Shown piece by piece: positions 20,532 to 33,056 of a stretch of 52,386 nt of DNA; positions within the stretch are counted from its first letter, which is position 1; each line of letters opens with the position of its first letter. This DNA is from Alphaproteobacteria bacterium (GTDB lineage: Bacteria; Pseudomonadota; Alphaproteobacteria; UBA8317), in the NCBI GenBank assembly GCA_038131935.1, contig JAYPQH010000002.1, positions 1-52,386 on the forward strand, written 5' to 3'. The notes under the pieces were generated by a model, which saw only the letters and a program-made list of their open reading frames with translations, ran no database searches and was not told the DNA's origin. Both the position numbers and the translations under genes were made by a program.

Positions 20532-22824
20532 TGCGGATATGGGGTGGATCCATGTTGTTACAAAAGTGGGTTTCAGTGTGTTTTTTAGGGTCGGTGATTT
20601 TTTGCTCATCTGCTTTGGCAAACACTATTCGTGATATTGTTGTCTATGGTGCTCAACGCATCGATCCTTCTACGGTTACAGCATACTTCCCGATGTCTGT
20701 CGGCGATGAATTTGATGAATTTCAACTAAATATTGCGGTCAAGCGGTTGTTTGACACAGGTCTGTTTGCAGATGTGCGTGTGCGTGAGGATAATGGTATT
20801 CTCAGTGTTACAGTTGAAGAAAACCCCTCTGTTAATGAAATATTTTTGGAGGGAAATAGTGAATTGGCTGATGAAACCCTCATGCCAGAATTGATGTTAA
20901 AACCGAGAATTGTTTTTACACCAAACAAGGCAGAAAATGATGCGCGTCGCATTTTAAATCTTTACCAACGTTCAGGCGTTACGCAGCGCGTGTCGAGCCA
21001 AAAATCATCAAACGACCACAAAATCGTGTTGATGTTGTTTTTGAAATATTTGAGGGAAACAAAACCTATATCGAACAAATAGGATTTGTGGGGAACACAC
21101 AGTTTAAAGATAGTAGGCTGCGTTCGGTTATTCTTTCTGAGGAAGCAGGGCTATTGGCATCATTGTTCTCTGCCAATTCTATTTATGATCAAGACAGACT
21201 TGCTGTTGATCGTGAAAACTTATTCCAGTTCTACCGCTCAGAAGGGCTTTGCTGATGCGGTTGGTGATCCTGCATTCGTAAAAATCAGATCAATCGATGC
21301 ATTTTCCGTTATTTTCTGTTAATGAGGGTCAGAGATATGTGTTTAGTGATGTCTCTGTTCAAACCAAATTACCCGGGTTTGATGCTGTATCATTCAAGAA
21401 GTTGGTGAAATTGGAGCCTGAAACCCAATATGATTCTGAGTTAATCAGGCAATTTGAAGAAAGGTTATCTGTTGAAGCTGAAGAGCGTGGCTATGCCTTT
21501 GCGGATGTTAAAATTAGAGAAATAAAGGACCGGCAAAATAGAAAAATCTCTGTTGAGTTCGAATTGGTAGAAGGTGCAAAAATTTACATTGAACGTATTG
21601 ATATTCTTGGGAATATCCGTACACACGTGATCGTGTCATTCGACGTGAAATTGATCTTGTTGAGGAGATCTTTCAATCGATTGGATTTAAGACTGGCCAA
21701 GAGAGATATTGAGAGACTTGGTTTCTTTAAATCTGTTTCCTTTCGAGAACTACCAGGAACGGCGCCAGATAAGGTGATTGTTGTGGTGGATGTTGAGGAG
21801 CAATCTACTGGGGAATTAACACTTGGTGCAGGATTTTCAACCGTTGATAATTTTGTTTTTAATGTTGGCCTAAAAGAACGAAATCTTTTGGGAACTGGAC
21901 GTGAGTTAAAGGCTATTGTGTCTTTAGCTGCCGTGAACAATCAGATAGATTTAGGGGTTTCAGAGCCATACCTGTTAGGACGTGAGGTATCAGGTGATGT
22001 AAACATTTTTGCAAATGAAGAAGATGTTATCGATCAATCTGGATATAAATTGGCAAGGCAAGGCTTTTCGTTTGGTATTGGGTTTCCGTTAAGCTCTTTT
22101 GACCGTTTGAACACAACCTACACGTTAAAAAATGAAGATATCTCTGATATATCCCCCCATAGCATCAAGGGCGGTGATAGATTCAGAGGGAGAATTATTA
22201 AGTTCTAGTATTTTGCTGTCGCATCGTCATCAGCGTGACTTTTTGCGCTATGGTCCAGATGCAGGTTATTCGGTTGTTACAGATTTAGAAACAAGCGGAC
22301 TTGGTGGTGAAGTCAAATTTGTGCGCGCCTCTATAAAGGCAAGTGGTTATATCACTCCTTATGAAGACGTTACCTTTAGGTTAACGGGAGAGACGGGTGC
22401 CTTAGCGCCTTTTGATGGTTATGAAAGCCGTGTCTCTGATCGTTTCCAATTGGGGGGATTTTCTCTCCGTGGTTTTGAACGTGGTGGATTAGGACCACGT
22501 GATGCTGATACAGGTGATGCGCTTGGGGGACAATATTTTGGTGTGCTTCGCTCAGAGATGAATTTTCCATTGGGTCAATCTTTGAATGATTTGGGCTTCC
22601 GTGGGGCCATCTATGCTGATGCTGGTTCTGTTTGGGATGTTGGTGCACGTACAAATGGCGCCACTGTTGTCTCTGATGAGTCCAGTCTAAGAGCTTCTGT
22701 TGGCGCGGGTGTTATTTGGACTTCTCCGTTTGGTCCCCTGCGCTTTAATCTCTCGTCTCCTGTTTTGAAAGAAGATGTTGATAAGACCGAAAGTTTCCAA
22801 TTCACTATAGGTACTCGGTTCTAA
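20531..22824 (+). CDS. bamA: Outer membrane protein assembly factor BamA (multiple frameshifts)
   Basis: POTRA-like repeats (GAQRID, LFDTGLF, GNSEL), ERNLLGTG, LRGFERGGLGPRD and C-terminal FQFTIGTRF. Breaks near 20975, 21248, 21312, 21625-21670 and 22158. Confidence 0.92.
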
Positions 22825-23369
22825 TGAGACATATTGTTTTGATCATGATGCTGTTGGGAATTTTTGTGCCTCTGTCTGTTCAGGCTGAAACATTTCCAAC
22901 TGCGCGGGTAGGGGTTGTGGATGTTGGTTATATTGTTCGTGAAGCTAAGGCCTCACAGCGGGCAAACAGCTATATCAATGCTGAAATTAGAACCCTAGAA
23001 GATGAAGCAAATAAGGCAGAGGATATCTTAAGGCAACGTCGCTTGGCGCTTATAGAGCAAGAGGATAGCCCAGAGCGCAGGGAACAAATTCGGCAATATG
23101 AGGCTGAAGCTTCTCGTTTGCAATTGGCGTTTCGGAGCCGCAGACAGGAATTGCAGGCTGCATTGGAGAGGGTTCGTAATGATGTGAGCCAACGTTTAAA
23201 ACCGATATTGCGTACTTTGGTTGATGAACTGGGAATAAACATATTGGTTGATCGTGGCCGGCTCATTTTTGCCAATCCTGATGTTGATTTGACCAAGATG
23301 GCACTAGAACGTTTAAATATATTGGTACCTGAGGTGGACTTGGTCACCGATTCGAAAGACAAAGGGTAG
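22824..23369 (+). CDS. skp: OmpH/Skp-family periplasmic chaperone
   Basis: Signal peptide, VGVVDV, coiled-coil middle and DVDLTKMALERLN; lies between bamA and lpxD. Confidence 0.82.
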   Translation: MRHIVLIMMLLGIFVPLSVQAETFPTARVGVVDVGYIVREAKASQRANSYINAEIRTLEDEANKAEDILRQRRLALIEQEDSPERREQIRQYEAEASRLQLAFRSRRQELQAALERVRNDVSQRLKPILRTLVDELGINILVDRGRLIFANPDVDLTKMALERLNILVPEVDLVTDSKDKG

Positions 23370-23373
23370 AGGT

Positions 23374-24417
23374 GTGGTCGATCAACGTTTTCATCATTCA
23401 CGAGGGCCGTTTAATTTACGCGCTATTATTGACGCCATCGAAGAAGAGCAACCGGTATTGGAGGCAAACTTTGATGATGATAGCTCAATGATGGAGGATG
23501 TTTCACCTTTGAAACAAGCCACTGAGCAAGATGTAAGTTTTTTGGACAATGCAAAATATATTGCTGATGTTAGGGAAACAAAAGCAGGGGTCGTGCTTAT
23601 TTCAGAAAAACGAAAAGCAATGCTACCCCCACATCTTAAAAGAATTGTCGTGCGTGATCCGTATCGTGCTTACGCAAGGGTTGCGTCTTTATTTTATCCC
23701 ATAGAGCAACCTACCCAAGCAAGTATTCACCCTACTGCTGTTTTAGGAACACATGTCGTGGTTGAAGATCAGGTTGTCATTGAAGCTGGTGTTGTTATTG
23801 GTTCCCATGTGATGATTGGTCGTGGCACGCGTATTGGAGCAAACTCTGTCATTGGGGCTCAGGTGAGTATTGGTCGGAGTTGTATGATTGGTGCTCAAGT
23901 AACGATTTCACATGCGATGCTGGGTGACCGTGTTGAAATTTTACCAGGGGTTCGAATTGGACAAGACGGTTTTGGCTTTGCAATGGGTAAGCAAGGTCAT
24001 AAAAAGGTTCCCCAACTCGGTCGCGTCATCATCCAGGACGATGTAAGTATTGGTGCCAATAGCTGTATTGATCGCGGCTCTGGTCCTGATACAGTGATTG
24101 GAGAAGGTACCAAATTGGATAATCTCGTGCAGATTGGACATAACGTTCATTTAGGTAGGCATGTTGTGGTGGCGGGTATGGGTGCCGTTGCAGGTTCAAC
24201 CTTTATTGATGATTTTGTTGCTATTGGTGGTCAAGCGGCCATAAATGGTCATATTCGTGTGGGCAAGGGCGCTCAGATTGCTGGGGCATCGGGCGTCATG
24301 CGTGATGTTAAGCCTGGAGCAAAAATGGCGGGTTATCCTGCCACAGATGTGCGTAGCTTTTTTAAAATGCACGCATTTCTAAATCGTTTCGTTAAAGGGG
24401 ATAAAAGTGATGAATAA
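23374..24417 (+). CDS. lpxD: UDP-3-O-acyl-glucosamine N-acyltransferase
   Basis: Hexapeptide repeats; motifs IGQDGFGF, IDRGS and KLDNLVQIGHNV. Confidence 0.96.
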   Translation: MVDQRFHHSRGPFNLRAIIDAIEEEQPVLEANFDDDSSMMEDVSPLKQATEQDVSFLDNAKYIADVRETKAGVVLISEKRKAMLPPHLKRIVVRDPYRAYARVASLFYPIEQPTQASIHPTAVLGTHVVVEDQVVIEAGVVIGSHVMIGRGTRIGANSVIGAQVSIGRSCMIGAQVTISHAMLGDRVEILPGVRIGQDGFGFAMGKQGHKKVPQLGRVIIQDDVSIGANSCIDRGSGPDTVIGEGTKLDNLVQIGHNVHLGRHVVVAGMGAVAGSTFIDDFVAIGGQAAINGHIRVGKGAQIAGASGVMRDVKPGAKMAGYPATDVRSFFKMHAFLNRFVKGDKSDE

Positions 24418-24883
24418 GCAAACCTCAGACAACGAGTTGGGTATGGCGGATATTGAGCGCATCATGCGGATGATTCCTCATCGCTATCCATTTTTAATGG
24501 TTGATCGTGTCAAGGATATGATTCCAGGTACCTCTGCAGTTGGTATTAAAAATGTTACGATGAATGAACCTTTTTTTATGGGGCATTTCCCTCAAAAGCC
24601 TGTCATGCCAGGTGTATTGATTGTGGAGGCTATGGCACAAACATCTGGTGTTTTGGTTGTGGAAACGCTTGGGACAGAGGGCCAAAACCAGCTTGTTTAT
24701 TTCATGTCGATAGACAAAGCTCGTTTTCGTAAACCAGTAGTGCCTGGTGACCAATTGGAATTACATGTGCAAACAGAGCAGGCGCGCCGTAATGTGTGGC
24801 GATTTAATGGACAAGCCATGGTTCAAGGTACAAAGGTCGCCGAAGCGGTTTTTTCAGCCATGATTTTCTCAGGTGATGAATGA
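24410..24883 (+). CDS. fabZ: 3-hydroxyacyl-ACP dehydratase
   Basis: Motifs IPHRYPFLMVD and GHFPQKPVMPGVLIVEAMAQ. Confidence 0.97.
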   Translation: MNKQTSDNELGMADIERIMRMIPHRYPFLMVDRVKDMIPGTSAVGIKNVTMNEPFFMGHFPQKPVMPGVLIVEAMAQTSGVLVVETLGTEGQNQLVYFMSIDKARFRKPVVPGDQLELHVQTEQARRNVWRFNGQAMVQGTKVAEAVFSAMIFSGDE

Positions 24884-25677
24884 GTATTCATCCAACAGCA
24901 ATTATCTCATCAGAAGCTCGTTTGGCGCCCGATGTTGAAATTGGTCCTTATTGCGTGATTGAAGGGCCTGTCGAATTGGCTTCATCTGTATGTTTGAAAT
25001 CACATTGTTTTGTGTCTGGTCATACAAAAATTGGACCTCAAACAACGATCTTTCCTTTCGCGTCCATTGGATCGATACCTCAAGACTTAAAATATCAAGG
25101 TGAGCCTAGCCAGTTAATTATAGGTGCAAAAAATATTATCCGAGAACATGTGACCATGAATCCAGGGACCCAAGGCGGTGGCATGATTACCCGTGTGGGG
25201 GATGGATGTTTGTTTATGGTAGGAGCCCATGTAGGCCATGACGCGCAGGTTGGTGATCATGTGATTTTTGCCAATAATGCTACCTTGGCGGGGCATGTCG
25301 TTGTTGGTGATTTTGCTGTTCTTGGCGGGTTAAGTGCGGTTCATCAGTTTGTTCGTATTGGTGCTCATGCCATGGTCGGTGGAATGAGTGGTGTCGAAAA
25401 TGACGTCATACCGTTTACCACTGTTTTGGGAAACCGAGCCCATTTCGCTGGTGTTAACCTGATTGGAATGCGCCGCCGGGATTTTGAAAGACAAGATATT
25501 CATGAGGTAAGACAATTCTTCAGGCAGCTTTTTGAGCAGACTGATGTACCAATGATGCAGCGTGTTCAAGACATGAGAGATCACTACACAAGCCCTGCCG
25601 TCGATCATATTGTGAGCTTCATGACACAACAAAGCGATCGGGCATTCTGCACACCGGAGCGTCGCGAGGAACGATGA
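24880..25677 (+). CDS. lpxA: UDP-N-acetylglucosamine O-acyltransferase
   Basis: Motifs IHPTAII, PQDLKY, HVGHD and LAGHV...VHQFVRIG. Confidence 0.97.
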   Translation: MSIHPTAIISSEARLAPDVEIGPYCVIEGPVELASSVCLKSHCFVSGHTKIGPQTTIFPFASIGSIPQDLKYQGEPSQLIIGAKNIIREHVTMNPGTQGGGMITRVGDGCLFMVGAHVGHDAQVGDHVIFANNATLAGHVVVGDFAVLGGLSAVHQFVRIGAHAMVGGMSGVENDVIPFTTVLGNRAHFAGVNLIGMRRRDFERQDIHEVRQFFRQLFEQTDVPMMQRVQDMRDHYTSPAVDHIVSFMTQQSDRAFCTPERREER

Positions 25678-26495
25678 GGATAGGACTTCTTGCTGGGTCT
25701 GGTCACATACCAAGCCAGGTTTTGCAGGGGTTGCTAGCTCATAATCATGATGTTTTTCCAATCATGTTGGGGCGGGCGTCACCTGTACTTGAAAAGAGCA
25801 TTTCTATTCCCATAGATCGACCTGGTCGATTGTTCTCATATTTACGAAGACATCATATCAAACATGTTATCTTGGTTGGATCTCTGGAACGCCCTTTGAT
25901 AAGAGACTTGCGGCCAGATTTGTATGGTTTACGCATACTCCCAAGAATTGCGAGGGCCTTGCGTCAAGGAGATGATGCCCTCCTGCGTGAAGTTGCTTCA
26001 ATTTTGGAAAATGAAGGTGTTTCTTGTCTGTCTGTTTTGGACATGGTGCCTGAATTATCCTTGGAAGCGGGACATTGGGGAGTTTTAAGTGCCAGACATC
26101 TTGAAGATATAGAAAAAGGGTTTCAAGCACTGGCTGTGACAAGTAGCCTTGATATGGGCCAAGGTTGTGTGGTTCGTGACGGTATTTTGCTTGCGATGGA
26201 AGCCATAGAAGGCACAGATCAAATGTTGAAAAATATATGTGCTTTACCACCTAAGAGGTCTCGGCGTGACCCTCAGGGATCTCTTAGTGGGGTATTGGTC
26301 AAAGCCCCCAAAATACAACAAGACATGCGCTTTGATATTCCTACAATTGGACCGCAGACCATAAAGTTGACTGCGGAAGCAGGGTTGGCCGGTATCGCAG
26401 TGGTTGCAAAAAATTTTTTACTGGCATCACCTGAAAATAGTATGCAACTGTTACGCGATCATAAGATGTTTTTACTGTCCAAGGAGATCTTTTGA
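25674..26495 (+). CDS. lpxI: UDP-2,3-diacylglucosamine diphosphatase
   Basis: Motifs IGLLAGSG, GDDALL, DMGQGCVV, EAIEGTD and QDMRFDIPTIG. Confidence 0.9.
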   Translation: MRIGLLAGSGHIPSQVLQGLLAHNHDVFPIMLGRASPVLEKSISIPIDRPGRLFSYLRRHHIKHVILVGSLERPLIRDLRPDLYGLRILPRIARALRQGDDALLREVASILENEGVSCLSVLDMVPELSLEAGHWGVLSARHLEDIEKGFQALAVTSSLDMGQGCVVRDGILLAMEAIEGTDQMLKNICALPPKRSRRDPQGSLSGVLVKAPKIQQDMRFDIPTIGPQTIKLTAEAGLAGIAVVAKNFLLASPENSMQLLRDHKMFLLSKEIF

Positions 26496-27582
26496 CCAGG
26501 TATTCGCAGACTATTCTGGTTGTATCACATGAGGCCTCAGGTGATCTTCTCGCAGATGAATTGATTAATGCTTTACGTGCATATGATGATGTCACGATCA
26601 TTCAACATCATTCAGGTTCTTCGACAACACAAAATATAATATCAACAAATATCAAACCTCTTAGTCCCGTCATGGGAATTGGGGATGTCGTCGGGAAGTT
26701 GTTTGTCGCCCGAAAGTTGCTCAATGAATTGTTCCAATTTGTTTCAACTGTTGAGGTGGATATCATCATTACCATTGATGCTATGGCATTAAATGCGCCC
26801 TTGATCCGAAAAATAAGAAAGTACAGACCATCAACGCTTTGTTATCATTATGCAGCACCAAAATTATGGGCTTGGAGACCAGGGCGTGCCCATCGGCTGC
26901 GTGGATTGTTCGATCAACTATTTTGTTTGTTTCCATTTGAACAAGATTTTTTTGATCATTATCAAATTATCAATTCGTTCGCAGGACATCCGGTGATACA
27001 TCGCTTAAGTCCAGGTCCTAAGGTTAGAGAGGGCATCTTATTGCTGCCGGGTTCACGGCAAAAAGAAATTGTTCGACATTTGCCCACTTTTTTAAAAGCT
27101 GCGTTTGAAGCTTTTCCAGATGAAATAATCACCGTGGTAACATTTGAACGGTATAAAGACTTGGTAAACCAATTGGCGAAGGATTACCCTATTCGTGTTA
27201 TGTCTGATCCTTCAAAGCGATTTGGTGTTTTTCAAAAGAGTAAATATGCGTTGGCTGCTTCTGGTACGGTCAGTTTGGAGTTGGCTATGGCTCATACACC
27301 CATGGTGATCGCCTATAAAGTTGATGCAATTTCAGCGTTTCTTGCAAAAAGATTGATCTCGGTTCCGTATGTATCGTTAGTAAATTTGATCTTGGGACGA
27401 AAGATCGTTCCAGAACATCTTCAAAGTGAGTGTTGTCCCAATGTTTTGGCTCAGAGTTTGCTCAATTTAAACAGTGAAGAACAACTGAAATCATTTCCGT
27501 ACTCTATAACTTACTGGATAAAGAGCCAGACCCAGCCAGCTTTGTCGCTGGCCAGGTCATTTCTGCATCTCGGCAAACGTAA
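26492..27582 (+). CDS. lpxB: Lipid-A-disaccharide synthase (probable 3' frameshift near 27495)
   Basis: Motifs EASGD, WAWRPGR, LFPFE, GHP, LLPGSR and ASGTVSLE. The alternate frame stops at 27582, just before the gltA stop; the uncorrected ORF runs to 27670. Confidence 0.88.
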
Positions 27583-27590
27583 GGCTTATC

Positions 27591-28877
27591 TTACCGCTGA
27601 GATATATCTACATAGTTTTGGTTTGTGTGTCCGTTGTACAATTGGCGTGGACGTCCAATTTTTTGGCTAGGATCTTCGATCATCTCTGACCATTGGGCAA
27701 TCCAGCCTACAGTGCGTGATAATGCGAACAATACCGTAAACATGGATGTTGGGAAGCCCAAGGCACGCAAAATGATTCCAGAGTAAAAATCGACATTGGG
27801 GTATAATTTTTTCTCCACAAAATAGGGATCATTCAGTGCAATTTTTTCAAGCTCCATAGCCACTTGCAGGAGCGGCTCATCACGTACCCCTAAGGCATCC
27901 AGAACTTCATGACAGGTTTGCTGCATAACACGAGCGCGTGGATCATAATTTTTGTACACACGATGCCCAAAACCCATGAGCCTGAAAGGATCATTTTTAT
28001 CTTTAGCTTTATTAACGTATTCAGGAATATTTTTAACGTCACCAATTTCCATCAACATGTTAAGCGCTGCTTCATTGGCACCACCATGAGCTGGTCCCCA
28101 AAGGCAAGCGATCCCTGAAGCAATACAGGCAAACGGATTGGCGCCTGATGAACCAGCAAGTCTCACCGTTGATGTTGATGCGTTTTGTTCATGATCAGCA
28201 TGTAGCATCATGATGCGGTCTAGCGCACGCACGGCAACTGGATTCGCTTTGTATTCTTCACAAGGAACAGCAAAGCACATCCGCATGAAGTTTTCTACAT
28301 AACCAATATCATTCCTTGGATAGATAAAAGGTTGGCCAATTGAATATTTATAAGCCATTGCTGCAATGGTTGGCAGCTTTGCAATAATCCGGAAACTTGC
28401 AATTCGTCTTTGCTCTGGATCATTAATATCAAGAGAGTCATGGTAAAACGCTGACAAAGCACCTACGACTCCAACCATGATGGCCATAGGATGTGCATCT
28501 CGGCGAAAGCCTCTATAGAGGTTCGTCAGCTGCTCATGCACCATTGTATGGTAGGTCACGCCGTTACTGAATTCTAACATCTCCGCTTTGTTGGGTAATT
28601 TACCATGAAGTAAAAGGTAACTTACTTCCATAAAATCTGATTTTTCAGCCAATTGTTCAATTGAATTCCCTGTAAGGAGTTCTCCTTTATCACCATCAAT
28701 ATACGTGATTTGTGATTGACAGCTTGCTGTTGATGTAAAGCCTGGATCATACGTAAACATGCCAGTCTTTGCATACAATGACCGGATGTCAATAACAGAC
28801 GGCCCTATGCTGCCATTGATGATATCAAACCCTACTTCCTGGTCATTTACAATTAATTTTGCTTGCTTATCAGTCAT
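27591..28877 (-). CDS. gltA: Citrate synthase (type II)
   Basis: Motifs [37 protein letters not shown] and YPNVDFYSG. Confidence 0.98.
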   Translation of the reverse strand: MTDKQAKLIVNDQEVGFDIINGSIGPSVIDIRSLYAKTGMFTYDPGFTSTASCQSQITYIDGDKGELLTGNSIEQLAEKSDFMEVSYLLLHGKLPNKAEMLEFSNGVTYHTMVHEQLTNLYRGFRRDAHPMAIMVGVVGALSAFYHDSLDINDPEQRRIASFRIIAKLPTIAAMAYKYSIGQPFIYPRNDIGYVENFMRMCFAVPCEEYKANPVAVRALDRIMMLHADHEQNASTSTVRLAGSSGANPFACIASGIACLWGPAHGGANEAALNMLMEIGDVKNIPEYVNKAKDKNDPFRLMGFGHRVYKNYDPRARVMQQTCHEVLDALGVRDEPLLQVAMELEKIALNDPYFVEKKLYPNVDFYSGIILRALGFPTSMFTVLFALSRTVGWIAQWSEMIEDPSQKIGRPRQLYNGHTNQNYVDISQR

Positions 28878-28965
28878 CTTATCCTCACTCTAACATATAC
28901 CAAAAACTGGTTCTAAGGGTCGCTTATAAACGCCACCTCGTTAATGATCCGCCAGCTTATATCTC

Positions 28966-30386
<1,421 letters not shown>

Positions 30387-30469
30387 TCAAAATCCTCAAA
30401 AATCATAGGTTTCTTAGGCACAACTTGTGATAGTCACATGCGCTTATGTCAATGGCGCCTTACATCAAT

Positions 30470-31125
30470 TTATCCATATTGGCGTATTAATGCTGTCAAT
30501 TTCCCTTGAACAGCAACGCGATCTGGACCGTAAATACGTGTTTCAAAAGAGGATTTGCAGGTTCCAAGGCGATAGAATTTCCCCTGCGACGAAAACGCTT
30601 TAATGTTGTTTCCGTGCCATCAACAAGGGCTACAACAATATCGCCATTATGGGCATCATTTTGTTGTTTGATCACGGCATAATCGCCATCATGAATACCA
30701 GCTTCAACCATTGAGTCACCTGTAACCTCTAAAACAAAACAGCGTGACCCAGCGTCCGGCAACAAGTCTAGAGGTATCTGAACCAACCTATCTGGGTTTG
30801 ATATGGCTTCCGCGGGAAGGCCTGCAGCAATGCGCCCAATCATGGGTAGGCTGGCCATATGCTCTAAGCTGTCATTACCAATCGCTGCTGATAAATTTTG
30901 TCCACCCTCATCCAGCGGTGGTTTGATAATTTCTAGTGCCCGTGCCCGGTTAGGGAGCCTGCGTACATAGCCACGTTCTTCTAACGCAGCAACAAGCCTA
31001 TGAATATTGCTTTTTGATTTTAATCCAATACCTTCCATCATTTCATCAAACGAAGGACAACGCTGATGGGTCTTCATCCAATCATGGATAAATCTGAGCA
31101 GAAGGTCTTGTTTCATTGTGAGCAT
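30470..31125 (-). CDS. lexA: SOS repressor LexA (frameshift near 30548)
   Basis: Winged HTH (PSFDEM...KSKSNIHRL), Ala-Gly cleavage site IAAG, catalytic GDSM and TLKR. The alternate frame gives FETRIYGPDRVAVQGKLTALIRQYG*. Confidence 0.96.
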
Positions 31126-31178
31126 CGTTCGGGCCCCAGCATCGTCAATTTACATCACAAACCACTATTTCGTTGTTT

Positions 31179-31218
31179 GTTTCTGTTTTGTTCTAACAAA
31201 AAAATGCATGTATGGCAA
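31179..31218 (-). promoter_or_regulatory. lexA promoter with an overlapping one-mismatch LexA box
   Basis: On the minus strand, TTGCCA (31218-31213), 17 nt, then TAGAAC (31195-31190). The box GAAC-aaaacag-AAAC (31193-31179) overlaps the -10. Confidence 0.7.
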
Positions 31219-31306
31219 CGATGAAATACAGGTATATAGTAGCTCGATGTCATCATAATCGCAAAATGTATGAACAAAACATGAAGCTGAATGGTTTGCA
31301 ATCTGC

Positions 31307-32596
31307 TTAGTTTAGATCGATGTAGAAAACAGGTTCACCCGTGAGTGCTGGCGGATCATTCGCCGGACGTACAAGCAGTGCGTCTGCATGAGCAAAAATA
31401 TGGAGCATTGACGAGTCTTGAGTGGGGTACGGATGAACCTCCATTTGCTCTCCATTCCATCGTAACGTTGCGCGCATGTAATCCTCGCGAATACCGTTTT
31501 GTGGCAAATCGCAACCTAAGATGCCTTGATATGTATGAGGTATGATAGGTTGTGTTAAGCCTGCTAGTTTTCCTAACGCAGGTTGAATGAACAACTGCGC
31601 ACATACCATGGCTGATACAGGGTTCCCTGGGAGAGCAACCACTGGTGGTAAATGTGAATGCTGAGCAAACATCAGTGGCTTGCCTGGTCGCATGAGGATC
31701 TTCCAAAAATTAATATGGTAGCCTTGATCAATCAGTGTTTGTTGCACATGGTCATGGTCACCAACAGATGCTCCGCCAATGGTGACAATAAGGTCCACGG
31801 ATTGTCCCTGCTTAAGGAGGTGCTCGGTAATCATTTCTGGATGATCTGTAATAATGTCCGTGGTTGTTACATCACCACCCCATTGCGTACATTGAAACTT
31901 AAGAGGTGCGCTCGTTGAATCATAGATCTCACCCTGTTGAAGGTTGGCACCTTGAGGTTTGATTTCATCGCCAGTTGCAAATATGGCAACCTTAGGGCGT
32001 TGAAACACGTTGAGTTTTTCAATACCTAAAGCGTGAAGAAGTGCAAGATGGCGCACCGTTATGCGGGTCCCTTGGGTCATTACCTCTTGGTTTATTTGAA
32101 CATCTAGTCCCCGCAAGCGAACATGGCTTTGAGAGAGTATGTGATCAGATGCCTCCATCAACGATATGTCTGTACCTGTGACAGAGACATTTTCTTGAAT
32201 AATGACATGGTCTGCTTCTGGAGGAAGAATGGCACCGGTAAAAATACGTACCGTTTCAGCCCTTTTTAAAGGATTGGTGTAGGGATGTCCTGCGGCACTC
32301 TCACCTTTGCAAAAATAAGTTGTGATACCCGCCACCAAATCCTGACGGCGGACTGCATAGCCATCCATCGCAGATAAATGATGTCGTGGAAGAGCTATGG
32401 GACTTACCACTGGGCTGGCAATTACTCTATTCACAAGGTTTGTATCACAGCATATCGCCTCATATTTCATGATATGTTGTAAACCATCTATGATGTTCTT
32501 CCGAGCTTGTGTAACGGTTAGAAAAGGAGATTTTGTTTGCTCATCAGCATCTTGATCTACTTTATGGGCCTTTACATCATGCTTGCGTGAAGTCAC
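31307..32596 (-). CDS. moeA: Molybdopterin molybdotransferase (start uncertain)
   Basis: Motifs SAMDGYA, RIFTGA, ATGDE, GGASVGDHD and LPGNPVSA. Confidence 0.94.
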   Translation of the reverse strand: MTSRKHDVKAHKVDQDADEQTKSPFLTVTQARKNIIDGLQHIMKYEAICCDTNLVNRVIASPVVSPIALPRHHLSAMDGYAVRRQDLVAGITTYFCKGESAAGHPYTNPLKRAETVRIFTGAILPPEADHVIIQENVSVTGTDISLMEASDHILSQSHVRLRGLDVQINQEVMTQGTRITVRHLALLHALGIEKLNVFQRPKVAIFATGDEIKPQGANLQQGEIYDSTSAPLKFQCTQWGGDVTTTDIITDHPEMITEHLLKQGQSVDLIVTIGGASVGDHDHVQQTLIDQGYHINFWKILMRPGKPLMFAQHSHLPPVVALPGNPVSAMVCAQLFIQPALGKLAGLTQPIIPHTYQGILGCDLPQNGIREDYMRATLRWNGEQMEVHPYPTQDSSMLHIFAHADALLVRPANDPPALTGEPVFYIDLN

Positions 32597-33056
32597 CGCT
32601 TTTCCCTCCGGTTTTTCGGGTCAAGCGAATGTTATGAATCCGCATCCCACGGTCTATAGCTTTGCACATGTCATAGATGGTCATAGCCGCGATGGTAACA
32701 CCACTTATGGCTTCCATTTCAACGCCCGTTTTGCCGGTAAGTGAGGCAACACATATGATTTCTAGGCAGGTAGGGGACTGTATATAAAATTGTACCTCAG
32801 CATGCTCTAGGCCCAAGGGATGGCATAAAGGAATGAGTTGCGCAGTTTGCTTTGTCCCATTGATACCTGCAATTCTTGCGGTTGCTAGGACATCACCCTT
32901 CACAATCTGGTTTGCTTTTATAGCTGCCATGGTTTCTTCATGCATGTGAACTTCCGCACGCGCTTCGGCTTGTCGCCATGTCGCTGGTTTTTCACCAACA
33001 TTCACCATACGTGCAGCACCTTCCTCGTCGATATGGGTTAATGTTTTTGTCGTCAT
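32577..33056 (-). CDS. moaC: Cyclic pyranopterin monophosphate synthase
   Basis: Motifs LTHIDEEGAARMV, LIPLCHP, TGVEMEA, IYDMCKAID and KTGGKSG. Confidence 0.97.
   Translation of the reverse strand: MTTKTLTHIDEEGAARMVNVGEKPATWRQAEARAEVHMHEETMAAIKANQIVKGDVLATARIAGINGTKQTAQLIPLCHPLGLEHAEVQFYIQSPTCLEIICVASLTGKTGVEMEAISGVTIAAMTIYDMCKAIDRGMRIHNIRLTRKTGGKSGDFTQA

Noticed and set aside
20531-22824. Fragmented bamA as a pseudogene or phase-variable gene
   Set aside because: bamA is essential, the breaks are scattered and lack long simple repeats, and the motifs and terminal Phe are intact.
23700-25400. Periodic ATTGG/GTTGG-like pattern in lpxD and lpxA
   Set aside because: It reflects the hexapeptide beta-helix protein repeats, not a DNA repeat or CRISPR array.
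27583-27670. 80-nt convergent lpxB/gltA coding overlap
   Set aside because: The overlap disappears with a one-base correction near 27495, which gives a stop at 27582.
31126-31306. Short minus-strand ORFs (9 and about 33 codons) in the moeA-lexA gap
   Set aside because: No RBS or recognisable features, and they overlap the predicted lexA promoter/operator region.
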